Positions 10,175 through 20,485 are shown, counted from the stretch's first letter. The stretch: 61,059 nt of DNA from an uncultured Bacilli bacterium (GCA_947630305.1 CANRHC010000002.1:1-61059); one strand, 5' to 3'. Numbers and translations: made by a program. The notes: generated by a model not told the origin, from the sequence alone.

Positions 10175-11563
10175 ATGTCTAGAACGAAAAATCTTAATTT
10201 TTTGGTCTTTTTAGCAATTTTATTAAGTGCTTTTATAGTAACAATTATATTATTTTTTAATAATGATTTTTCAAATTATTGGATGATTAATCTTCTTCCT
10301 TTAAGTTTTGTATCCGTACTTTTAATTAATTCAAATATTCTTACTAAAATTACTTCAAATGTTAGTGTTTTATTAATTGTTGGTTGTTATTATATGCGAA
10401 TGGTTATTTTGCCTATTTTTTATGTACTATCTGATTATAGTAGTTTTACTTTAGATGCTAATTACATTTTGTATATAACTAAAGCTGGCCTTTTAATGAT
10501 TTATGAATTTTTTGCAATTATGTTTTTTTCAAATATATATTTAAAAAGGTGTGAAAAAAAAGAAACTGAAATAAAGAAACTTAATATGGATAGTGTTTGT
10601 AAAAAAAGAAAAATTTTATATAAAATAGTAATTATATTAATTATTGTATTAGTTGGTTTTTTATTTTATCCTCAATTTAAATCTTATTTTAGATTGATAT
10701 TTAATGATGATTTAACAGCTATTAATACTCATAATGCTAATTTTAAAATAATGAAAAGTACAATCCCAGGAGTTATTTATAGAATTATTGTGTTTTTTAT
10801 TAATATTTTACAAGTTTTAATACCAATTGCTTTAATTAAAAAAATTTATACTTTAAAAATAGGTAGTGGAAAGAAATTTATTTTTTCCTTATTAATAATC
10901 CCAATTATAGTTTCGATTTGTACTCCTGATACTGCAACATCTTTTATTATTGCTTTAACGATTATTATTATGTTGATTCAATTATATCCTGAAAGAAAAA
11001 AAGTATTATTTATTGGTGCTTTATCTGTTGGAATTCCAATTTTGTTTTATGCTCTTTTTATTAAAACTGGTGTCAATTCGGCAACTAATGGTGTTTCAAG
11101 TGTTTTACAGGCTTATTTTTCTGGTATTTCTAATATAGCAACATCATTTTTAATGCCTAATATTCCCAATATTAAAATGCTTTTTAATGATATTTTGACA
11201 TCTATTCCTTTTTTAAATTATTTTTTTCAAAATTATACAACTACTGCTCAATTGTTTAATTATTCTTTATATGGAATGGTTGGTTCACATAGTCAAATTA
11301 TTCCTATGATAAGTCAATCATTATATTATTTTGGTGTTGTATTGGCTCCATTAATTCCTGTTTTATCAATATTAAGTTCTTTATCTTTTGAAAAAAAATA
11401 TCAAGAATCAGAGGACATTTATAATAAATTTTTATATTTAATTATGAGTATTTATTTTGCTATTGCACCTATCTTATATAATTTTACAATTCTTATATTA
11501 ATTTTTTTACAAATGTATATTCCATGTAAAATAATTGTCAATTTTAATTTGAAAAAGAAATAA
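10175..11563 (+). CDS. wzy: Wzy-like polysaccharide polymerase (polytopic membrane protein)
   Basis: More than 10 TM helices with no soluble domain. It sits between glycosyltransferases in a locus that also encodes Wzx. The call rests on context and topology only. Confidence 0.5.
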   Translation: MSRTKNLNFLVFLAILLSAFIVTIILFFNNDFSNYWMINLLPLSFVSVLLINSNILTKITSNVSVLLIVGCYYMRMVILPIFYVLSDYSSFTLDANYILYITKAGLLMIYEFFAIMFFSNIYLKRCEKKETEIKKLNMDSVCKKRKILYKIVIILIIVLVGFLFYPQFKSYFRLIFNDDLTAINTHNANFKIMKSTIPGVIYRIIVFFINILQVLIPIALIKKIYTLKIGSGKKFIFSLLIIPIIVSICTPDTATSFIIALTIIIMLIQLYPERKKVLFIGALSVGIPILFYALFIKTGVNSATNGVSSVLQAYFSGISNIATSFLMPNIPNIKMLFNDILTSIPFLNYFFQNYTTTAQLFNYSLYGMVGSHSQIIPMISQSLYYFGVVLAPLIPVLSILSSLSFEKKYQESEDIYNKFLYLIMSIYFAIAPILYNFTILILIFLQMYIPCKIIVNFNLKKK

Positions 11564-11583
11564 ATAAAGAACGGGTGGTTTTT

Positions 11584-12723
11584 ATGGACAATAAAAAAAT
11601 TAAGGTTTTACATTTAATTGATCATATGAATGATGGTGGAGCTCAACGAATAGTTTTAAATTATTTAAATGATTTAAGTAATGATGAAGATATTGAAATT
11701 AAAGTTTTAGTGTATAATAATAAAACAAATTCATATTGTAATCGAATCATTAGTCAAAATAAATATAATGTTGATTACTTATTTTTTAATGATCATAATA
11801 AATATATTCGCAAGATTAAGAAACTTTTTTTAGGGAAAAAAAAGTTGAGGGATTATATTAAAAATTATAATCCTGATATAGTTCATGTTCATATTTCAGC
11901 ATTTTTAAAAGTTTCTTTAAAAGAAATAATAAAATGTAATATTCCATTAAGGTTTGATACTTTACATAGTAATCCATATCGTTATAAGGGTATTTATTTA
12001 AAATATATTAGAAAGGCATTTCAAAGTGAAAATTTTATTGGATTATGTGTAACGAATGAACAAGCTTTATGTGCTAAATCTTATTATGGCTTAAAAAGGT
12101 ATGAAGTTGTTAAAAGTGGAATTGATATTGAGAAAATAAAAAAACAAATAATTTCTAAACAATCTGCAAGAAAGCAATTTAATATTTTAGATGATGCTTT
12201 TGTTATAATTGGTGTTGGTAGACTTAATAAAATAAAAAGATTTGATTTTTTAATTGATATTTTTGCTAAAATTTATGAAAAGAATGAAAATGCTATTCTT
12301 TTAATTGCTGGTGATGGAAAAGAGAGAAAAGATTTACAAAGAAAAGTTAAAAATTTGAATTTAGAACATCAAATTTATTTTTTAGGAAATTTAGATAATA
12401 TAATTCCTCTTTATTGTTTAGCTGATGTTTTAGCAATTACCTCAGTTTCTGAATCAGCATCTTTAACGTTGTTAGAATCACAGATATGTGGCCTTAGAAG
12501 TGTTATATCAAATGGTGTTCCAGATGAAAGTATTTTTACTACTAAAGTTAAAAAAATGGCAGAAAGTTCTGATATTGATTCTTGGGCTAAAGCATTATTA
12601 GACAAAGAATATGTTGGCAAAAAAGTTTGTCAAATGAAAGATTATGAAGTACATGAAAATAGTCAAAAGTTAAAGCAAATTTATTTAAAATACTGGAAGG
12701 AGTTTCAAAATGGGAAAAAATAG
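11584..12723 (+). CDS. GT4-family glycosyltransferase
   Basis: GGAQRIVLNY N-terminal motif and the E-x7-E-like segment SESASLTLLESQICGL. ATG 11584 follows GGGTGG. Confidence 0.75.
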   Translation: MDNKKIKVLHLIDHMNDGGAQRIVLNYLNDLSNDEDIEIKVLVYNNKTNSYCNRIISQNKYNVDYLFFNDHNKYIRKIKKLFLGKKKLRDYIKNYNPDIVHVHISAFLKVSLKEIIKCNIPLRFDTLHSNPYRYKGIYLKYIRKAFQSENFIGLCVTNEQALCAKSYYGLKRYEVVKSGIDIEKIKKQIISKQSARKQFNILDDAFVIIGVGRLNKIKRFDFLIDIFAKIYEKNENAILLIAGDGKERKDLQRKVKNLNLEHQIYFLGNLDNIIPLYCLADVLAITSVSESASLTLLESQICGLRSVISNGVPDESIFTTKVKKMAESSDIDSWAKALLDKEYVGKKVCQMKDYEVHENSQKLKQIYLKYWKEFQNGKK

Positions 12724-13663
12724 TAAACACTTTATAATAACAATTGATACTGAGGAAGATAATCAATGGAATTATGATCAAAAAGATACTACTTTAAATG
12801 TTGATTTTTTACCAAGATTTCAAGAACTTGCTGAAAAATTTGGTTTTAAACCTGTTTATTTAACTACTTATTCAATGGCTTTAAACAGTAAATTTGTAGA
12901 TTATTTTAAAGAAAAACAAAATAAAGGTTTATGTGAAATAGGTATGCATCTTCATGCATGGAATAATCCTCCAGAATATGTGTTACCTAAGATAAATAAG
13001 CAAAGACCATATTTAATAGAATATCCTACTAATATTATGGAAGATAAGATAAAAAAGCTTGATGATTTAATAACTAAAAAATTTGGAATGAAAGCAATAT
13101 CTCACAGATCAGGTAGATGGGCAATTAATGAAGATTATTTAAAATTATTAGAAAAATATAACTATAAAGTTGATTGTTCTGTTACTCCTCATGTTGATTG
13201 GCATAAGATGTTTGGCCAAACAAAGATTGGTGGAACAAATTATAAAAAAAGTAGTGAAAAAGAATATTTTATAACTGATAAAATTTTAGAAGTCCCGGTT
13301 ACTATTCGTCGATTAAGAATTTTAGAAAAAATGAGAATGAAAACATTGAAAGGTTTTGTAAAAGAGTGTATATTATATGTTACTAAAAAAAGTCAGTGGA
13401 TAAGACCATCAAATTCATTTTGTATAGATGGAATGAAAAAAGTAATTGATAAATGTAATAAAAATAATGAATATGTTATGTTTATGATTCATTCTTCTGA
13501 ACTCATGCCTGGTGGAAGTCCAAATTTTAAAACAGAAGAAAGTATAGAAAAATTATACCAAGTTATAATAGAAATATTTAAATATTTAAAAGATTTAGGA
13601 TATGTTGGTGTAACTTTAAAAGAATTTTATTCTGAATATATAGGAAGTGAGAAAAGTGAATAA
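12710..13663 (+). CDS. polysaccharide deacetylase-like protein (function uncertain)
   Basis: Cytoplasmic. TIDTEEDNQW, HLHAWN and MIHSSEL motifs resemble the metal-binding Asp/His pattern of deacetylase-like sugar-modifying enzymes. Confidence 0.4.
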   Translation: MGKNSKHFIITIDTEEDNQWNYDQKDTTLNVDFLPRFQELAEKFGFKPVYLTTYSMALNSKFVDYFKEKQNKGLCEIGMHLHAWNNPPEYVLPKINKQRPYLIEYPTNIMEDKIKKLDDLITKKFGMKAISHRSGRWAINEDYLKLLEKYNYKVDCSVTPHVDWHKMFGQTKIGGTNYKKSSEKEYFITDKILEVPVTIRRLRILEKMRMKTLKGFVKECILYVTKKSQWIRPSNSFCIDGMKKVIDKCNKNNEYVMFMIHSSELMPGGSPNFKTEESIEKLYQVIIEIFKYLKDLGYVGVTLKEFYSEYIGSEKSE

Positions 13664-14780
13664 TAGCGAAGTTGTAGTAATAGGCGGGGATCATTTTAAT
13701 ACATTATCTATAGTAAGATGTTTAGGACAAAAGAAAATTAATTTTCAAATTTTAATTCATAATGAAAGAAAAACTAAAGAAGAATTAATGATTTTACAGT
13801 CTAGATATTCTAAAAATTTAGTTTTATTAAAAGAGAGTGAAAATGATATTTTAAATTTTTTATTAAAAAATAAAGATGAAAATAAAAGAAAATTAATTAT
13901 TTCTTGTTCTGATTTAGCCCAATATACAATTGATCATAATTATCAAAAACTATTTAAGTATTATTATATTTCTGGGTTTAAAAATAATCCTGGTAGGGTA
14001 TGTGAGTTGATGGATAAATATGAGCAAAAGAAATGGGCAGATAAACATAATATATTAATGGCTAAAACTTGGAAAGTTAATAAAGATTATAAAATAAAAG
14101 ATATAACTATTCCTTGTATTATCAAGCCTTGTATTAGTGCTTTTGGTAAAAAAAGTGATATTAAAGTATGTTATAGTAAAGATGAATTGTTAAATACTTT
14201 GAATTATTATTTTGAAAACAATTATAATGAAGTTTTAATTCAAGAGTTTTTAGATAAAGAATATGAACTTTGTGCATTAGGTTGTATATTAGAAAACAAT
14301 CAAAAATATGGTAAAGTTATATATAAATTAAGAGAATATCCTTTAAATGGTGGAAGTACCTCTTATGCTAAATTTACAAGTGATTTAAGTATTGTAAATA
14401 GAGCTAATAAAATTATAGATTGTTTAATAAAAGAGGGTTATTTTGGATTATATGATATAGAAATTATTTATAGTAATGGTAAATATTATCTTAATGAAAT
14501 TAATTTTAGAAATAGTGGAAATAATTATGCACTTTTAAAATCTGGTATTGAAACTCCATATTTATTGTATTTAGAAAAATTTAATAAAGATTTATTAAAA
14601 AATTTGAAAATAAAAGATAAAGATATATATTTTATGGAAGATTTAAGTAATTTTAAATCTTTATGTGAAAAGCAAATTTCTTTATGGACTTTTGTGAAAA
14701 ATTTTTTTAGATCAAAAGCTCATTCTGTTTATTCTATTAAGGATTTAAAGGTTATTATTCATTATCTAAAAAAGAGGTGA
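13647..14780 (+). CDS. ATP-grasp carboxylate-amine ligase
   Basis: Central ATP-grasp pattern (IIKP..., LIQEFL, YELCALG) and the Mg/ATP-site motif EINFRNSGN. An alternative GTG start at 13656 lies 8 nt after AGGAAG. Confidence 0.6.
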   Translation: MRKVNNSEVVVIGGDHFNTLSIVRCLGQKKINFQILIHNERKTKEELMILQSRYSKNLVLLKESENDILNFLLKNKDENKRKLIISCSDLAQYTIDHNYQKLFKYYYISGFKNNPGRVCELMDKYEQKKWADKHNILMAKTWKVNKDYKIKDITIPCIIKPCISAFGKKSDIKVCYSKDELLNTLNYYFENNYNEVLIQEFLDKEYELCALGCILENNQKYGKVIYKLREYPLNGGSTSYAKFTSDLSIVNRANKIIDCLIKEGYFGLYDIEIIYSNGKYYLNEINFRNSGNNYALLKSGIETPYLLYLEKFNKDLLKNLKIKDKDIYFMEDLSNFKSLCEKQISLWTFVKNFFRSKAHSVYSIKDLKVIIHYLKKR

Positions 14781-14786
14781 AATTTA

Positions 14787-16256
14787 ATGAAAAATAAATT
14801 AGAAAAAGGTAATTCTGTAGTTGGTGGCCTTTTTTGGACATTTGGGGAACGAATAACTGCTCAATTGGTAACAGTAATAGTTACTATTGTTTTAGCTCGT
14901 ATTTTAGCTCCTGAACATTATGGTATTATTTCAATTGTTACGGTATTTATTTCTTTATGTAATATTTTTGTCTCAAGTGGTTTTGGAAGTGCGGTTGTTC
15001 AAAAAAAGAATGCAACTGATGATGATTTTAATACTGCTTTTGTTATTAGTTTTACGATTAGCATTTTATTATATTTGATTTTGTTTTTCTTATCACCTTA
15101 TATTGCTAATTTTTATCATATGCCTGATTTGGTTATGGTTTTACGAGTAATGGGTATAAGACTAATTATTGCATCATTAAATACAATTCAACATGCTTAT
15201 ATTCAACGTCAAATGAAATTTAAAAAATTCTTTTTTGCTACTTTATTTGGTACAGTTTTATCAGCTATTGTAGGTATTATTTTAGCTTATTTAAATTTTG
15301 GCGTTTGGGCTTTAGTGGCTCAGTATTTAATTAATACTACTGTTGATACTATTGTCTTGGCATTTGTTTGTAAATGGAAAGTTCGTTTTTATTTTAATTT
15401 AAAAAAAGCTAAAGAGTTATTTTCTTTTGGTTGGAAGGTATTATGTACTGAGTTAATATTTACTTTAGAAAGTGATATAAGAAGTTTAATTGTTGGAAAA
15501 GTTTTTGGCTCTGCTGATTTAGCTTATTATGATCAAGGAAGAAAATATCCTAGTTTATTTGTAACGAATATAAATTCATCAATCACTAAAGTTATGCTTC
15601 CGGCTTTTTCTAAAGAGCAAGATGATATAGAAAAATTAAAAAAAATGCTTCAAAAATCTGTTAAAGTAAGTACCTATGCTTTAGCTCCTTTGCTTATTGG
15701 TTTTGCCTTATTATCAGATAATTTTATTTTAATTTTTTTAACAGAAAAATGGCTTCCAGCTGTTCCATATGTTCAAATATTTTGCTTAGTTTTTTTAACA
15801 AGACCATTTGAAAATTCTTGTCATCAAGCTTTATTAGCAATTGGGAAAAGTGGGATTGTGATGAAGATTATGTTGGCTATCAATATTTTTGCCTTATTTA
15901 CTGTTTTATTTGCTGTTTTCATTTTAAAAAGTGTATATTTTATAGCAGTAGGTTCTTTATTAACCGCGGTTGTTAGTTTATCTCTTTTTATGATTATGGT
16001 AAGTATAAAAATTGGTTATAAAATATTGGATCAAATTCATGATATTTTTCCACCTATATGTATTAGTTTAATAATGGGAATTTTTGTTTATTTAATTGGA
16101 ATGATTAAACTTCCTCTTATAATATTATTAACACTTCAAATTTTAATAGGAGCAATTATATATTTGTTATTATCTGTTAAATTTAAAATTTATGGTTATA
16201 TATATTTAAAAGATAGATTATTCCATATTATTAGAAAGGTTAAAGGTGTATGTTAA
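14787..16256 (+). CDS. wzx: Wzx-type (MOP superfamily) oligosaccharide flippase
   Basis: About 14 TM helices. The N-terminal segment GGLFWTFGERITAQLVTVIVTIVLARILAPEHYG is typical of polysaccharide biosynthesis (PST) flippases. Confidence 0.8.
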   Translation: MKNKLEKGNSVVGGLFWTFGERITAQLVTVIVTIVLARILAPEHYGIISIVTVFISLCNIFVSSGFGSAVVQKKNATDDDFNTAFVISFTISILLYLILFFLSPYIANFYHMPDLVMVLRVMGIRLIIASLNTIQHAYIQRQMKFKKFFFATLFGTVLSAIVGIILAYLNFGVWALVAQYLINTTVDTIVLAFVCKWKVRFYFNLKKAKELFSFGWKVLCTELIFTLESDIRSLIVGKVFGSADLAYYDQGRKYPSLFVTNINSSITKVMLPAFSKEQDDIEKLKKMLQKSVKVSTYALAPLLIGFALLSDNFILIFLTEKWLPAVPYVQIFCLVFLTRPFENSCHQALLAIGKSGIVMKIMLAINIFALFTVLFAVFILKSVYFIAVGSLLTAVVSLSLFMIMVSIKIGYKILDQIHDIFPPICISLIMGIFVYLIGMIKLPLIILLTLQILIGAIIYLLLSVKFKIYGYIYLKDRLFHIIRKVKGVC

Positions 16257-16786
16257 TGATAAAAAGTAGAAAAGATTATAAGTATTATTTAGAATGTGAT
16301 AAAATAGCATTAGGTATTAGTAGAAAATATCCTATGCCAATTGTAGACATTATATGGAAATTTGAAAGATTATTAAGAAAATATGAATATTATAAAAATT
16401 GTTCAAAAACTATTTTTGGAAAAATATATTTAATTTTTTTGAAAATTCATTATTTTACATTATCTAGAAAATTAGGTTTTTCTATTCCAGCAAATGTTTT
16501 TGGACCAGGATTATCTATTGCTCATTATGGAACAATAGTTGTAAATTCTACTGCCCGTGTTGGCAAGAATTGTCGAATTCAAGAAGGTACTAATATTGGT
16601 TCTACTAATGGTTCTTCTAAAGCTGCAACAATAGGTGATAATGTTTTTATTGGAACTGGTGCTAAAATTATTGGCGATGTAAAGATAGGAAATAATGTTT
16701 GTATTGGTGCTGGAGCAGTTGTTACAAAAAGTTTTGGCGAAAACATCACCGTGGGGGGGGGTGCCAGCGAAAAAAATTTCATCTAA
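16250..16786 (+). CDS. left-handed beta-helix (hexapeptide) O-acetyltransferase, WcaB/CysE-like; C-terminus shifted at a G9 tract
   Basis: Hexapeptide repeats IGDNVFIGTGAKIIGDVKIGNNVCIGAGAVV. The frame ends ...VGGGASEKNFI*. Removing one G restores the family motif VGGVPAKKI and extends the ORF to 16841. Confidence 0.8.
   Translation: MLMIKSRKDYKYYLECDKIALGISRKYPMPIVDIIWKFERLLRKYEYYKNCSKTIFGKIYLIFLKIHYFTLSRKLGFSIPANVFGPGLSIAHYGTIVVNSTARVGKNCRIQEGTNIGSTNGSSKAATIGDNVFIGTGAKIIGDVKIGNNVCIGAGAVVTKSFGENITVGGGASEKNFI
16753..16761 (+). repeat. G9 homopolymer inside the acetyltransferase gene
   Basis: Nine consecutive G counted directly at 16753-16761, followed by an A7 run at 16771-16777, in an otherwise very AT-rich genome. 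Confidence 0.95.
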
Positions 16787-16870
16787 CAATTCGCATAGTA
16801 ATTTGCAAAAAAAGCTTCGTGAAAGTAACTTGTTGTATTAAATTAAAAATTAAGAAAGGAATTTAAGTTT

Positions 16871-17908
16871 ATGAATGTAAGTATAAAAGTAATATTAGTA
16901 ACCGGATCTTCTGGTTTTATAGGTTCTAATTTAGTTAAGAGATTATTAAAGGAGAATAAAGATATAACAATTATTGGTATTGACAATATGAATGATTATT
17001 ATGATGTTAATTTAAAGGAATATAGATTAAATGAATTAAAACAATTTGATAATTTTACTTTCATTAAAGGAAATATTGCCGATAAAAAATTAATTAATTC
17101 AATATTTGAAAAATATAAACCAAATGTAGTTGTTAATTTAGCAGCTCAAGCTGGAGTAAGATATAGTATTTTAAATCCTGATGTTTATATTGAGTCTAAT
17201 GTAATTGGTTTTTATAATATATTAGAAGCATGTCGTCATAATCCAGTTGAACATTTAGTTTATGCTTCATCATCTTCTGTTTATGGTGGTAATACAAAAG
17301 TTCCTTTTTCAACTGATGATAAAGTAGATAATCCTGTAAGTTTGTATGCTGCCACTAAAAAAAGTAATGAATTATTTGCTCATACTTATTCTAAACTTTA
17401 TAATATTCCCACAACTGGTTTAAGGTTTTTTACAGTTTATGGTCCAGCAGGACGTCCAGATATGGCTTATTTTGGTTTTACTGATAAGTTAATTAAAGGT
17501 GAAACGATTAAAATATTTAATTATGGTAATTGTAAAAGAGATTTTACTTATATTGATGATATTGTAGAAGGCATAATTAGAGTAATGCAAAAAGCTCCTA
17601 TGAAAAAAAATGGTGAAGATGGTCTTCCCATTGCTCCATATGCCATTTATAATATAGGAAATTCCCATCCAGAAAATTTACTTGATTTTGTAAATATTTT
17701 ACAAGAAGAATTAATAAATGCAAAAGTTTTATCAAAAGATTATGATTTTGAAAGTCATAAACAGCTAGTACCTATGCAAGCAGGCGATGTGCCAGTAACT
17801 TATGCTGATACAACTCCATTAGAAAAAGAATTTGGTTTTAAGCCTAATACATCTCTTAGAGCTGGTTTAAGAAAGTTTGCCAAATGGTATAAAGAATTTT
17901 ATGATTGA
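16871..17908 (+). CDS. extended-SDR nucleotide-sugar epimerase, UDP-glucuronate 4-epimerase type
   Basis: VTGSSGFIGSNL, YASSSSVYG and YAATKK motifs. Ugd is encoded in the same locus. Confidence 0.7.
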   Translation: MNVSIKVILVTGSSGFIGSNLVKRLLKENKDITIIGIDNMNDYYDVNLKEYRLNELKQFDNFTFIKGNIADKKLINSIFEKYKPNVVVNLAAQAGVRYSILNPDVYIESNVIGFYNILEACRHNPVEHLVYASSSSVYGGNTKVPFSTDDKVDNPVSLYAATKKSNELFAHTYSKLYNIPTTGLRFFTVYGPAGRPDMAYFGFTDKLIKGETIKIFNYGNCKRDFTYIDDIVEGIIRVMQKAPMKKNGEDGLPIAPYAIYNIGNSHPENLLDFVNILQEELINAKVLSKDYDFESHKQLVPMQAGDVPVTYADTTPLEKEFGFKPNTSLRAGLRKFAKWYKEFYD

Positions 17909-18966
17909 AAATTTGTATTTCTAGAAGTATAATAGTGCAAGTTTTTATAAAGGAGTGCATTTTAAGCGTGAAAAAAATAGTTGTTAAAAATGGATTATTA
18001 AGATTTATATTATCTAGTATTATTGCTTTTATAATTTTAACTCTTTTTTGTGTTTTTTATTATAATGTTCCTCCTCAAAATAAACCATTAGATGGAACAA
18101 CTGATTATAAATGGAAATCTAATACATTTTATTCTAGAGCTACTGAAGGATTTGCTTTAGGTAAAACTAATAATGATGGTTATGTTAATGATTATGATTT
18201 TAATGATAAAACAGATATTGATGTTTTAATAGTAGGTTCATCACAAATGGAAGCCCTTGAAGTAAATATGAATGAAACAACTTCATCATTATTAAATAAA
18301 AAGTTAAAAAATCAAAATGTGTATAATATTGGTATTTCTGGACATTATTTTTTAAATTGTGTTAGCAATTTAGAAAGTGCTATAAAAAAGTATAATCCTA
18401 AAAAATATTTAATTATTGAAACTTCAAGTTTAACTTTTGATGACGAATCATTAATTAAAACGATAAATAATGAGTTAGAAGAAATTCCTTTTAAAGCTAA
18501 TGGAATATTAGGAATTTTACAACAAAATCAATTTATTAGACTTGCTTATAAACAATTAAGAAGTTTTATTGATAAAAAAAGTATTAATGATGAAGAAGAT
18601 ATTTTAAATATTAATAATTCTTCAAATTATAATGCTGAACTATTAAATAAATTATTTATAAAAATAAGAAATATATCTTCTAAAACAAATATAATTATTC
18701 TTTATCATCCAAGTACAACTATAGCTGATAATGGTAAATTAATATTATCAAGTGAAAGTGAAAATGTAGAAGAATTTAAAAAGTTATGTAATCAAAATGG
18801 AATCGATTTTTTAGATATGAGTGATAGGTTTAAACAAGAATATGAAAATAATTATCTTTTACCTTATGGTTTTAGTAATACTACAATTGGAACAGGTCAT
18901 TTAAATAAATATGGTCATCAAATGATTGCCGATGAATTGTTTAAAATAATTGAAAGGGGAAAGTAG
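17905..18966 (+). CDS. membrane-anchored SGNH/DltD-like acyl-transfer protein
   Basis: Single N-terminal TM. VGSSQMEAL (block I Ser) and GTGHLNKYGHQMIA (block V His). It lies directly upstream of the MBOAT gene. The start is probably GTG 17968, after AAGGAG. Confidence 0.5.
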   Translation: MKICISRSIIVQVFIKECILSVKKIVVKNGLLRFILSSIIAFIILTLFCVFYYNVPPQNKPLDGTTDYKWKSNTFYSRATEGFALGKTNNDGYVNDYDFNDKTDIDVLIVGSSQMEALEVNMNETTSSLLNKKLKNQNVYNIGISGHYFLNCVSNLESAIKKYNPKKYLIIETSSLTFDDESLIKTINNELEEIPFKANGILGILQQNQFIRLAYKQLRSFIDKKSINDEEDILNINNSSNYNAELLNKLFIKIRNISSKTNIIILYHPSTTIADNGKLILSSESENVEEFKKLCNQNGIDFLDMSDRFKQEYENNYLLPYGFSNTTIGTGHLNKYGHQMIADELFKIIERGK

Positions 18967-18967
18967 T

Positions 18968-20443
18968 ATGTCCTTTGCATCAATAGATTTTATTATATTT
19001 TTTATTGTAATAATTTTAGGAATTTTAATAATTCAAAAGTTTTTTTCTAATAGAGTTAAAGAAATATTTTTATTATTAGCTAGTTATTTCTTTTATGGTT
19101 ATTGGGATTGGCGTTTTTGCTTTTTACTTTTATTTGTAACAGTAAGTTCTTATTTTACAGCAAAATATAAGGATAAAAAATGTTTTTATATAATTGGAAT
19201 TATTATTCCATTAGTAGTTCTTGGTTTCTTTAAATATTTTAATTTTTTCTTAGATAATGTTTCAATTATAATTGGACATAATTTAGGTACTTTAAATATT
19301 ATTCTTCCAATTGGTATTTCTTTTTATACTTTTCAAGCTTTAAGTTATGTTATAGATGTTAAAAGAGGAACTATTGAAGAAGAAAAAGATTTTGTAAAAT
19401 TAGCATTGTATTTAAGTTTTTTTCCACAGCTTGTTGCTGGTCCTATAGTAAGAGCATCTGATTTTTTACCTCAATTAAAAGAGGATAGAAAATTAAATGC
19501 CCAAAACTTTAAATATGGTATCCAGTTAATGGCTTTTGGTTTTTTCAAAAAAATTGTTTTAGCTGATCATATATCAATTTTTGTAGATACTGTTTTTAGA
19601 GTACCAGTTGCTTTTAGCGGTTATACAATATTACTTGCTGTATTATCTTATTCCATTCAAATTTATTTTGATTTTTCTGGATATTCTGACATAGCTATTG
19701 GATGTGCCAAATGTTTAGGTTATGATTTTAATAAAAACTTTAATTTACCATTTATATCAAAAAATACTTCTGAATTTTGGCGTAGATGGCATATTTCACT
19801 TGGAACTTGGATTAAAGATTATGTATTTTATCCATTATTGAAATCAAATTTTATTCAAAGTTTAAATAAAAAATGTAAGGCAATCTTTGGTAAAAAAGTT
19901 GGTAAAAAAATTCCTTTATATTTATCAATGTTTATTACTTGGAGTTTAGTTGGTTTATGGCATGGCAGTGCTTATACTTTTATAGTCGGTTCTGGAATTT
20001 TGCAATTTTTATGGATCTTTTTGGAAGAAAACTTAGAACCATTAGCTAAGTTTATTACCAATAAATTAAAAATTAATAGAGATTCAGTTATCTTTAAAAT
20101 TTATCAAATGATTAGAACCTATTTATTATTTTCTTTTGCAATGATCTTTTTTAGAGCTAGTAGTTTTAGTAATGCATTGCAAGTAATAAAAGGAATATTT
20201 ACTTTTCAAAAAGGAATTAAATGGTCTTTTGCTTGGTCATTTATATCAATGATATTATTATTAATATTTACAATAGGTGCTGTAATTAAATCAAAGAAAA
20301 ATAATGAAAAAGAAATTGAAGGATATTATCCAATTGTTAATTTAGATACAGTTTGGGGTTTAACAATCTTTTTAGTAGTATTGGGATTAATATTTGGTTT
20401 AGCATTTACAGGTGAACAACCATTTGTATATTTTCAATTTTAG
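18968..20443 (+). CDS. MBOAT-family membrane O-acyltransferase (DltB/AlgI-like)
   Basis: FWRRWHISLGTWIKDYVFYP contains the invariant MBOAT His. Polytopic. ATG 18968 follows AAGGGGA. Confidence 0.85.
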   Translation: MSFASIDFIIFFIVIILGILIIQKFFSNRVKEIFLLLASYFFYGYWDWRFCFLLLFVTVSSYFTAKYKDKKCFYIIGIIIPLVVLGFFKYFNFFLDNVSIIIGHNLGTLNIILPIGISFYTFQALSYVIDVKRGTIEEEKDFVKLALYLSFFPQLVAGPIVRASDFLPQLKEDRKLNAQNFKYGIQLMAFGFFKKIVLADHISIFVDTVFRVPVAFSGYTILLAVLSYSIQIYFDFSGYSDIAIGCAKCLGYDFNKNFNLPFISKNTSEFWRRWHISLGTWIKDYVFYPLLKSNFIQSLNKKCKAIFGKKVGKKIPLYLSMFITWSLVGLWHGSAYTFIVGSGILQFLWIFLEENLEPLAKFITNKLKINRDSVIFKIYQMIRTYLLFSFAMIFFRASSFSNALQVIKGIFTFQKGIKWSFAWSFISMILLLIFTIGAVIKSKKNNEKEIEGYYPIVNLDTVWGLTIFLVVLGLIFGLAFTGEQPFVYFQF

Positions 20444-20485
20444 GAGTATTTATTTTTATAATTGTGAAAGGAATGTGTGGTTTTG

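Noticed and set aside
16511-16789. Two minus-strand ORFs (16511..16789 and 16579..16782) inside the acetyltransferase gene.
   Set aside because: These are shadow frames of the hexapeptide-repeat region, whose periodic codons keep the antisense frames open. The sense strand has clear LbH repeats.
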